A stretch of DNA of 64,000 bases, taken from contig CM075994.1 of assembly GCA_038087875.1 (NCBI GenBank), positions 7,132,001 to 7,196,000 on the forward strand, written 5' to 3'. Numbering within the stretch: position 1 is the stretch's first letter; each line of letters starts with the position of its first letter. Below, one piece after another: positions 39,397 through 50,085 of this stretch. This DNA is from Malacoraja senta (lineage: Eukaryota). Made by a program: the position numbers and the translations under genes. The notes beneath the pieces are model-generated. The model was given only the letters and a program-made list of their open reading frames with translations. It was not told the DNA's origin and ran no database searches.

Positions 39397-41249
39397 GCAT
39401 CTGTGGAATCGGACAGATGATGTTTTGGTTCGGGACCTTTCTCCATGCTTTTCTATCAGTCTGAAGAAGGGTCGCGACCCAAAATGTCGGCCGTCAAGAG
39501 TGTTTTATTGTCAAAGGTCCCGAAACGGAACAAAACGAAATTCTTACCGTCCTTTTTGCCTCCGCAGATACTGCTTGACCCGCTGCGTTCTTCCTGCACT
39601 TTGTTGTTTTGTTGAAGACTCGCTTCAAAGTTGGAGGGAGGGAGGGAAGTTCACAAATTGTAGGAGTAGAAATAGGCCATTCAGCCCATCGAGTCCACTC
39701 CGCCATTCATTCATAGCTGATCTCTGCCTCCTAAATCCTAGTTTCCTGCCTTCTCCCCATAACCCTTGACACCCATTCTAATCAAGAATTATTTGTTAGT
39801 TGTAATCAAGAATCAAGAGTTAGATAGAGCTCTAGGAGCTAGTGGAGTCAAGGGATATGGGGAGGAGGCAGGTACGGGTTATTGATTGGGGACGATCATC
39901 CATGATCACAATGAATGGCCTCCTCCTGCACCTATTTTCTATGTTTCTATGTCTATCTCTGCCTTAAAACTATCCACTGTCTTGGCCTCCAGAGCCCTCT
40001 GTGGCAATGAGTTCCACAGGTTAACCACACTCCTCACCTCTTTTCTAAAAGAGCGCCCTTTAATTCTGAGGCTGTGACCTCTGGTCCGAGACTCTGCCAC
40101 CAGGGGAAACAACCTCTCCACATCCACGCTCTGCCTTTCACTATGAGAGAGGGGTGTCGTTAATATGAAGTGCTCAGAACTGGGTTCCAGTCCATGCATT
40201 GAACATAAAGGGCTGGCTGGGTTCAGATTTACGGAGCCAAACAAAGTCAATAATTGCAGTAGTGTTGGCGCTTGCTTACCGAGGGTGGCACGGTGGCGCA
40301 GCGGTAGCGTTGCTGCCTCACAGCGCCAGAGACCCAGGTTCGATCCTTACTTCGGGTGCTGTCCGTACGGAGTTTGTACGTTCTCCCCATGACCTGCGTG
40401 GGTTTTCTCCGGGTGCTCCGGTTTCCTCCCACACTCCACAGACGTACAGGTTTGCAGGTTAATTGGCTTTGGTAAAAAATTGTAAATTATCCCCAGTGTG
40501 TAGGGTAGTGTTAGTGTGCGGGGTGGCATGAACTCGGTGGGCCGAAGGGCCTGTTTCCACTCTGTATCTCTAAAAGTCTAAAGACAACTTTTATTTAAGA
40601 TGATTTTAACATTTATTGTTTACTCTAATCACATGCACTTTCATCGTTAAGATCTTTGCCAAATTTAATAAAGTTATTAAATAAAACTTGTTCACCTTGT
40701 TGTACATGATTATTCTTCAATGAAAATAGACACAAAAACCTGGAGTAACTCAGCAGGTCAGGCAACATCTATGGAGAAAATTAATAGGTGACGTTTCGGG
40801 TCGAGACCCTTCTCCAGACTGAGAAACTTACATTGGCGAGAACAAACGTAGACTGGGCAATCATTTCGCTGAAAACCTTCGCTCAGTCCACCTGGACTTA
40901 CGTGATCTCCTGGTTGCTAAACGCTGTAACCCCCCCTCCCATTCCCACACTGATCTTTCTGTCCTGGGCCTCTTCCACTGTCAGAGTGAGGGCAAATACA
41001 AATTGGAGGAACAGAACCTCATGTTTCGCTTGGGCAGCTTGTACCACAGCGGTATGAACATTGACTTCTCCGACTTCAAGTAACCCTTGCTTTCCCCCTC
41101 TCTCCATCCCTCCCCCTTCCCAGTTCTCTGACCAGTTTGACTCTCCTCCTGGTTAAATTTTATCTTTGTATGCCTCGTTGTCACCTTCCCGGAGCTAACA
41201 ATGATCTATACTACATTCCCTTGGCTTTCGTCCCATTTGATCTTTCCTT

Positions 41250-41510
41250 TCCGATCCCGACTACGGGTGCCGTCTGTACGGAGTTTGTACGTTTTCCCCG
41301 TGACCGCTTGGGTTTTCTCCGGGATCTTCAGTTTCCTCCCACACTCCAAAGATGTACAGTTTATAGCAGGTTAACTGGCTTGGTGTAAGTGTAAATTGTC
41401 CCCAGTGTGTGTCGGGTAGCGTTAATGTGCCGGGGATCGCTGGTCGACATGGACTAAGTGGGCCGAAGGGTCTGTTTCTGCGCTGTATCTCTAAATTAAA
41501 ACTAAATTAA
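41250..41510 (+). mobile_element. HE1-type SINE (5'-truncated)
   Basis: Consensus match. Confidence 0.8.
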
Positions 41511-43179
41511 AAAGCAATAAACATTTTGAACATTTTTGTTTGTTTGTTTGATTGTCGTGTTTAAAAACAGAGTAGTGATAAGCATTTTGGACTGGACAGT
41601 TAATTACCGTCGCACCCATCACCTCTCACTAAGTGAAAATGTCCAGCCCAGTAAATCTAAGCTGAAAATCATTTTGAGAAGTCTTATAAGTTGATAAGAC
41701 ATCGGAGCAGAATAAGGCCATTTGGCCCATCGAGTCTGCTCGGCCATTCAAACTCTCCCACTAGTGGAAACACCCTCTCTACATCCACTCTATCCAGGCC
41801 GTTCACCATTCGGTAAGTTTGTGTCTATCTTTGGTGTAAACCTGCATCTGCAGTTCCTTCCTGCAGACTTCCTCCAGCAATTTGTTTATAGACAATAGGT
41901 GCAGGAGTAGGCCATTCGGCCCTTCGAGACAGCAGCGCCATTCACTGTGATCATGGCTGTTCATCCACAATCAGTATCCCGTTCTTGCCTTCTCCATATC
42001 CCTTGACTCCACTATCTTTAAGAGCTCTAAGAGCTCTATCTAACTCATCTATATCTATATTTTGTTCCAACATCCACTGTCTGTTTTTCACTGCAATTTC
42101 TCAACTCTGTGGCTTTATGTTAGCTCAAACCACTGTGCGGTATCTGCTAGTTTCCTTTCTGTGTTGAGTTTTTTTTTTCAGTTTAGAGATACAGCGCGGA
42201 AACTAAACTAAACTGCGGTTTGGCACAAAATGCTGAAGTAACTCAGCAGGACAGGCTGCATCTCTGGAGAGAAGGAATGGGTGATGTTTCGGGTCGAGAC
42301 CCTTCTTCAGACTGACCACCTTCCTGACTTCATCTGTAATTTTCACACCTTACCCTTCCTTATCTCTGTGTCTCCCTCTCCCCTGACTCTCAGTCAGAAC
42401 AAGGGTCTCGACCCTGAAACATCACCCATTCCTTATCTCCAGAGATGCTCCTGTCCCTGAGTTACTCCTGCATTTTGTGTCTATCTTCAGAGTGTTTAAG
42501 ATTCTGCAGCTTCTTTACTGCTCACGGTAATCAAAAGCGACATGGGGAGAAAACAGGATCGGGGTACTGATTTTGGATGAAGCAGCCATGATCATATTGA
42601 ATTTCAATATGATCATGGCTGATCATCCAAAATCAGTACCCCGATCCTGCTTTCTCCCCATATCGCTTGATTCCGTCAGCCCTAAGAGCTAAATCTAACT
42701 CTCTGAAGATAGACACAAAAAGCAGGAGTAACTCGGTGGGACAGGCAGCATCTCTAGAGATAAGGAATGGGTGACGTTTCGGGTCGAGACCCTTCTTCTA
42801 ACTCTTGAAAACACCCAGTGAATTGGCCTCCACTGCGTTCTGTGGCAGAGAATTCCACAGATTCACAATTCTCTGGGCAAAAGGGTTTTTCCTCATCTCG
42901 GTGACACTAAGGATAGTGGCACTAGTCAGAGAACTGGGGGGGGGGGGGGGTGTGGGTGGAGAGAGAGGCAAAGCAAGGGTTACATAAAGTTGAAGAAACT
43001 TATACACAAGCCAGCTTGCTGCATTTGGTGAGCACCGCCCTCGTTTGTGGTCACCTACTCCGTGAGAGACTGTTCATTGTTTCTGCACATTAAGACCGAG
43101 AGTTAAAGTGTATTTTCACCGAATTCGTTCCAATCTCCGGTGTGGAGATGACTGGAGAATAAATAGCCTTTCTCTGCAG

Positions 43180-43371
43180 ATATCGCCGCTGGCGTTGGAG
43201 TCGATTCTTGTGTTTGCTGAAAGGAGTCTCGGTACATCTCAGCTCCTAGCGCCGGGGGTTGTGGTCGGTCCAGTGAGGTTCTGTGTCGGGGAGGAGCTCC
43301 AAGCAAGACCATTCGTCCCATCGCCAACGCTGCAGTCCCTTTACGGCTGCAGTCGGTCTCTTCCTCGATCG
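43180..43371 (+). other. Candidate non-coding 5' exon of the right GTPase copy
   Basis: Unique CpG-containing 192-nt block bounded by tttctctgcag| and |gtgagt, upstream of and on the same strand as the CDS. Both splice sites are conserved in the left-arm copy. Confidence 0.5.
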
Positions 43372-43741
43372 GTGAGTGATGCAGGTTCGTTTCCCAAGGA
43401 TAGAAAATAAACGAATCGTGGGGGAATCTTCAGCTAAAAGGTCTCGACCCGAAGCGTCATGTTAGCGGGTGTGGGCAAGTTGGGCCGAAGGGCCAGTTTC
43501 CACGCTGTAAAATTCTATTACTCTATGACCCGAAATGTCGTCTGTCCATTTCCAGATGTTACCTGTTCCTCCAGCACTTTGTGTTCTGCTCATGTATCAG
43601 GGTACCTGTACAGTGGGGTGGGGGTGTATCCATCTATGTGTGTGTTGTTGTTTTAGTACAAAAGGCAGGGGTTCATCCTGACCACAACACTAACAATGGA
43701 CCTTTGCCTCAGTGTACAGTAACTCCACAGGGATATATGTT

Positions 43742-44045
43742 TTCGTTTAGTTTAGACACACAGCGCGGAAACGGACCCTTCGGCCCGCCAACCAGTGACC
43801 ACCCCATATACTAGCATTATCCTGCACACGCTAGGGACAATTTGCAATTTTACCGAAGCCAATTACCCTACAAACCCGCACGTCTTTGGAGTGTGGGAGG
43901 AAACCGCAGCACCCGGAGTAAACCCACGCAGGTCACAGGGAGAACGTGCAAACTCCGTCCAGACAGCACCCGTTAACGGGATCGAACCCGGGTCTGTGGC
44001 GCTGTAATGCAGCAACTCTACCGCTGCACCACCGTGTAGTGCCGC
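43742..44045 (-). mobile_element. HE1-type SINE
   Basis: Consensus match; its mirror begins at the right edge of the gap (13314). Confidence 0.85.
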
Positions 44046-45250
44046 CACTAGACCACAATCAGGTAAAGCAAGTATTGAAGGTACACAAAAATGCTGGAGA
44101 AACTCAGCGGGTGCAGCAGCATCTATGGAGCGAAGGAAATAGGTAACGTTTCGGGCCGAAACCCTTCTTCAGACCAGTAATTAAGGCGTGTTGGGTTTTA
44201 TAGCATGAAACAGCAGGGCTTTGAGCGATGAGGATACATGTCATGCGTAGGTAGGAACTGCAGATGCCGGTTTACACCAAAAGACAAACACAATGTACTG
44301 GAGTAACTCAGCGGGACGGACGTCGTCTCTGGAGAGTGTGTAGGAAGGAACTGCAGATGCTAGTTTAGACACAAAAAGCTGGAGTAATTCAGCGGGTCAG
44401 GCAGCATCTCTGGAGATAAGGAATGGTTGGTGTTTCGGGTCGAGACCCTTCTTCAGTACTTTGTTTCAATAGATTTCACTTTGTTTTCGAAATCCAAAAA
44501 TAAAACACAGCCCCGCTTTTGGTCTCTGTGTTTGTCGCTTCGATGCACGTTTCCTTTATAGTAACAGATCTCCGGATGGGTGGGGGGAGATATTGATTTA
44601 TAATGCTGATGTCGCGTCACGCAAGATGCTGTGAGAGGCGGGAGGAATCCATTTGTTAGACTCAGGCTCAAGCCTACAATCATTGGTGGGCGAGTATTTT
44701 GTTTACTTCAAATGTAAACTTTGTTCGGAATGAAAAAAAGATGTGCAGACAAAAAAACTCTGCAAACCACTTCAGACATTCTCTATACATTTAATAGTGT
44801 CACGCTATGTACCTTGTGTTTAAAGAAAACAGAAAGATAGACACAAAAAGCTGGAGTAACTAAGTGAGTCAGGCAGCATCTCTGGTGAAAAGGAATAGGT
44901 AGACACAAAATGCTGGAGTAACTCAGCGGGCCAGGCAGCATCGCTGGAGAGAAGGAATGGGTGAGGTTTGGGGTCGAGACCCTTCTTCAGACTGATGTCA
45001 GGGGAGCGGGAGGTATATAGATAAGGAAGTGTAGAATAGATCATTGTTAGTTGGGAGAAGGTAACAACCAGTGATGGAAATGGGTTTTAGGAACTTGGGG
45101 TACCATAAGGTCCGTGAGGCTGAGGTTGGGAAGGAAGGGGGGGGTGGGGTTATGTGCGGTCATACCCATGTAAGAGTACAAGAATGCATAACTTGTTTAT
45201 TGTATATTTGTAATACAGTTTATTGTGTATTATATGTCACAGTTGCTTTC

Positions 45251-45288
<38 letters not shown>

Positions 45289-45330
45289 TGGCTCTAGCCA
45301 TCTATGCTTCGGTGAGGGAAGCAGGTCGGT

Positions 45331-45523
45331 GATTGGTCACATCGCCCCTCGGAGACTGTCTGATTGGCCGTTGAGTGACCAGCGCATTATGTGATTGGAC
45401 GCAATGACCTTGGAGACAGCGGCTGATTGGACAGGAGGAGACCGATTTGTTGATTGGACTGGAATTTTAAGGGAAGCTGACCGGTGATTGGACGCCACCC
45501 CCTTAGAGACAGCGGTTGATTGG
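45331..45523 (-). promoter_or_regulatory. Array of 7 phased CCAAT boxes
   Basis: GATTGG at 45331, 45362, 45393, 45425, 45452, 45486 and 45518. Confidence 0.6.
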
Positions 45524-46231
45524 CTGCCAAATAATCGGGCACAAAAAATTGACAAATAGGAAAACAAAAAAATCGGAATACCGATTTAGATCTGATAAGG
45601 TTCTGATATAAGACAACAGATTTTAAAAAATAATCTAACCCCATTAATTCACTCATTATGATGTGTTCTACAGTATGAAGTGTACAGCAAAACCTGCACC
45701 TCCAGAGTAGTCTATCGTGTTGTTTCTTCAGCAGACCATGGATTCATTTTAAGAGCAAAACATAAAGTGCTGGAGAACTCAGCAGATCCGGCTGGATCTA
45801 AAGAGGGTCCGTCACATATTCCTTCTCTCCAGAGATGCTGCCTGACCCGCTGAGTAACTCCAACATGTTGTGTCTAGTTATGGAGGGAATGGTTAGGCGA
45901 CATTTAGGGTCGAGTCCCTTCTTCAGGCATTATTTAATGGTTTGGAAATATTGAAAATTTCACGTATTTAAATATGTTGTTACGAATATAACTAGTAGTG
46001 TGGGAGAATATTCCATGAGCCATAATTGCCACATATATACCCCAAAGTAGAAATGTAGAAAGTTAGTGTGTAAAAAAATAGTTATTACGAGCTTTGTAGT
46101 CTCCTTGTACCAATCAAACACCAAATTCAAAATTCTATATTTTGAAAATGGGCAAAGCAAAAAGTATCATGTTCTCAAGAAATGCTTATCCTAAAATAAT
46201 TGATCGGAAGGGTGTGATTTTCAGTCAGGAC

Positions 46232-46786
46232 ATCAGTAATAATACTTGGAGAATCAGAACAAAGTCTAACACTCATAACAAGCCAAAGAAACTTCCTAGA
46301 CTACAGTATAATAACTGGGAAAAATGTAATATTAAAATTTTGGAAAGGTCCTATAACCCCCACAATTAAAATGTGGATTATGGAAATGTCGGAGACCCTA
46401 CACCTGGAAAGAATCAGACTTGTCTTAATGGACAAACAAGAACTTTTTGTTAGAATATGGTCTCCATTCATTGACTATTTGAAGGGGTAGATCGGTTCGG
46501 CACGGGAACCTAACTGAAGCTTGAACTTAGGATTAGATGAAAAGTTATACTTAATAACCTACGAACCTATCTCCAATGATGTATTATTAGTAAATTATTC
46601 CACTCTTTTTTTTTCTTGACTGTGTTTTTTTCTCTCTTTCTTTCTTACTTTCTATCTATATAAAAAAAAAACTAGAAGCAGAATCAATCCACAATTGATA
46701 ATATTAATAATGTATGATTGATATACATGAAATGTTTTTACCATAATATCTTTGCTTCCAATAAAAATATTAATTTAAAAAAAATA
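46232..46786 (+). mobile_element. 5'-truncated L1 insertion with A-rich tail and about 24-bp TSD
   Basis: LKFWKGPITPTIKMWI..LHLE..IWSPFIDYLKG*. aataaa plus A-tail. AAGGGTGTGATTTTCAGTCAGGAC is duplicated on both sides and single-copy in the paralog at about 22100. Confidence 0.85.
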
Positions 46787-47648
46787 AAGGGTGTGATTTT
46801 CAGTCAGGACCTCTGAATCATTCAGTCAGTGAGCTTGCGGTCCGGAGCCCTTCACTATTACCCCTCTATATAAAAACAAAGTGTCAATGCTTCTTCAAGG
46901 TCTACTGATCCACCCGTAGCTTCAGTTACAGGTACAGCTGAAGGGATTTGGCGCTCGGGCAACGCTATGAATTTATGTGAATTTAAATAATCCGATCCGA
47001 ATCGTTCAAAAGCTACAACCACAACGTGATAAATAACACTAAATAAAACTGAAGCAAATAAAGGCAAACAGAAGCACTAACCTTGAAGGAGAGGGAGAAA
47101 CAACACGCATACATTTATTCTTTTAAAATTCATATAAAATCCCTAAATGACGAGTACAAATTACCAAATAATGTGGGTGGACAAAAATGCTGGTGAAACT
47201 CAGCGGGTGAGATGCTGCCTCATGCGCTGAGTTTCTCCAGCATTTTTGCCTACCTTTGATTGTTCCAGCATTTGCAGTTCCTTCTGAAAATAGGGTGAAT
47301 GACTGTAAAAGTGGGTGAATGACTGTACCTGCACACCAGGAAGAAGCCCGTGCTCGCGGTCCAGAGCCCTTAATGATAGTAAGTTTTAAATTAATTCTCC
47401 CGTGAATTTTATTCAAAAGAACGCGGCGTCATTAATACTTGGTCAAAACACAATTATATTTACTGAGGAATGTGGATCGATGTATAATTACGTGTTAACT
47501 ACTGGCTGTTAAAAAGTGCTAACAGTAGTAGTTAACAAATCAGTTTCGTCTCATGGCAGTGACTCGTTGTAACGATTATCCATGGTCGTTTTTTAAAATC
47601 CGTTTTTTTTAAACTCTCCCTTCTAGAACAGAAATTTGACATAAACTG

Positions 47649-47661
47649 GAAACTGAAAAGT
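47649..47661 (+). promoter_or_regulatory. ISRE/IRF-E-like motif
   Basis: GAAACTGAAAAGT matches GAAANNGAAA. It is followed by kB-like GGGGAACGCC and lies 2.4 kb upstream of the GTPase coding exon. Confidence 0.35.
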
Positions 47662-48683
47662 AGGGGAACGCCGTCCCCCTTGCGTACCCCCCCCCCCCCA
47701 TTTCCTTCACTGGTAACAACAAAGCAAACTGAGATAAAATGTAAGACTGGTCGGTAAACTGGGAAGAGGGTGGGATGGAGAAAGAAGGAAAGCAAGGGTT
47801 ACTTGAAGTTCAAGAAGTCAATGTTCATACCGCTGGGGTGTAAGCTGCCCAAGCAAATATGTGGTGCTGTTTCATATTCATAAGGAATATGTTTCACAAG
47901 GAATAGGTGACAGTTTTGGATCGAGACCATTCTTCAGACCTTTGCCACACTTGTGGGCCACTTGCTTTGTTTAGTCATAGAGTGAGACAACGTGGAAACA
48001 GGCCCTACATCCCAACCGGCCCACACTGGATAACATGTCCCAGCTACACTAGTCCCACCTGCCTGCTTTTGGTCATAAGCGATAGGTGCACCATTCATTC
48101 TCCAGCCTTCTCCCCATAACTTCTGACACCCGTACTAACCAAGAATCTATCTATCTCTGCCTTAAAAATATCCACTGACTTGGCCTCCACAGCCTTCTAC
48201 GGCAAAGAACTCCACAGATTCACCACACTCTGACTAAAGAAATTCCTTGTCCTGAAGGGAAACTGGAAGAGAGGTGGTGATGGGACGAAGACTGGCGAGT
48301 GATAGGTGGATACGGGTGAGAGGGCTTCTCATCTCCTTCCTAAAGGAACGTCCTTTAATCCTGAGGCTATGACCTCTAGTCTTAGACTCTCACACTAGTG
48401 GAAACATCCTCTCCACATCCACTCTTACCAAGCCATTCATTATTCTGTACGTTTCAATGAGGTCCCCCCTCATTCTTCTTAACTCAAGACGTTAAGAATG
48501 GTCCATATCTCTCCAAACCTGTCCTATCCATGTACCTGTTTGTTAAGAAACTGTTGGAATCCCTGCCTCAACTACCTCTTCTTGCCGCTTGTTTCATACA
48601 CCCACCACCCTCTGTGTGAAAAGGTTATCCCTCAGATTCCTATTAAATCTTTTCCCCTTGGATAGAGTGGATGTGGAGAGGAT

Positions 48684-48908
48684 GTTTGCTTTTAGGCGAT
48701 GCAGCCTTCGGTTCGTAGGCGTTTAGACGTCCCGCCCTTTCGGTTAGTTAGCATTTAGGCGTCCCATCCTTTCGGTTAGTAGGCGTTTCGTCTTCGGACT
48801 CTTTCGGTTCATTGGCGTTTCGGCCTTGTTTCTATTTGGCCTCTATTTCTCTTTGGCTTTGGCTTCTTTGCTTCGACTTCTTGTCTATCGGCGCCGCATC
48901 CGCACACG
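48684..48908 (-). mobile_element. Solo terminal fragment of the foldback TIR
   Basis: Matches 54440-54643 and is flanked by a 97-bp direct duplication (48591-48687 / 48909-49005). Confidence 0.8.
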
Positions 48909-49674
48909 GTTCCATACACCCACCACCCTCTGTGTGAAAAGGTTACCCCTCAAATTCCTATTAAATCTTTTCCCCCTGGATAGAGTGGATGTGGAGAGGA
49001 TGTTTCTACTAGTGGGAGAGTCTAGGACGAGAGGTCATAGCCTCATAATGAAAGGACGTTCTTTTGGGAAGGAGATGAGGTGGTATTTTGTTCGTCAGAG
49101 GGTGGTGAATCTGTGGAATTCTTTGTCACAGAAGGCTTTGGAGGCAAAGTCAGTGGATATATATAAGGTAGAGAAAGATTCTTGATTAGTACGGGTATCA
49201 AACGTTATAGGAAGAAGGCAGGAGAATGGGGTTATTAGGGAGACAAGGATGAATGGCGGAATATACTTGATGGGCCAAATGGCCTAATTCTACTATCACT
49301 TATGATCTTCACCTTGTTTCCCTTCACTTGTTTGAGGGGTATCTCCACCGGACCCTGCCCCCCAATGTACAGCAGCGGTAGGACCCTAGACAGTGGTCCT
49401 CCCCCACCGAGCCTTGGCGTTGGCTGCACCAAGCTTCACTGCGTCCCTCAGCACGTACTCCTGCAGTCTGGAGCGGGCCAGTCGGCAACATTTCCTGATG
49501 GATTTCTGGCTGAAATTCCCTTCCTGAAAGGAAGGAATTTTCAAGGCAGGTTGTGGGACCAGATGGATTGTTCTTACCCAGAGTTTGTAGGGACTCAATG
49601 GGCAGAATGGCCTTCATCCTCACGAAAATCATACTGTGATTCTCAGTGTAATAATTAACATCTCTCTACATAAG

Positions 49675-49970
49675 CACTGGCGCAGGGGTAGAGTTGCTGC
49701 CTCACAGCGCCAGAGACCCGGGTTAGATCCTGACCACGGGTGCTGTCTGTACGGAGTTTGTACGTTCTCCCCGTGACCTGCGTCGATTTTCTCCAAGATC
49801 AACGGTTTCCTCCCACACTCCAAAGATGTACAGGTTTATAGGTTTATTGGCTTGGTATGAATGTAAATTGTCCCTAGCATGTGTAGGATAGTGTTAATGT
49901 GCGGGGATCGTGGCCGCCACAGACTCGGTGGGCCGAAGGGCCTGTTTCCGCACTGTATCTCTAAACTAAA
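49675..49970 (+). mobile_element. HE1-type SINE just upstream of the GTPase splice acceptor
   Basis: A-box-like TGGCGCAGGGGTAG, B-box-like GGTTAGATCC, V core and tail. Confidence 0.85.
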
Positions 49971-50085
49971 CCTTTCTGCTCACGTCTTCAAAAAGCCGTG
50001 CGTCAAGTGGATTCAGCTTCATATTTTATTCCCTTTTCTGTTTCAGATCACTGGATTTCGTTGAGTGTCCACTTCCGGTTTACTG

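Larger units (their letters stand above)
45069..47712 (+). mobile_element. Non-autonomous hAT DNA transposon (complete) carrying a CCAAT array
   Basis: TIRs CAGTGATGGAAATGGG (45069) and CCCATTTCCTTCACTG (ends 47712). Perfect 8-bp TSD GTAACAAC at 45061-45068 and 47713-47720. The interrupted Penelope-derived host repeat resumes after it. No transposase ORF. Confidence 0.9.

Noticed and set aside
49675..49745. tRNA genes in SINE heads
   Set aside because: A/B-box-like heads run straight into the SINE core and tail, with no complete cloverleaf.
50065..50085. GTG start giving 630 aa
   Set aside because: Eukaryotic context; the first ATG is at 50086.
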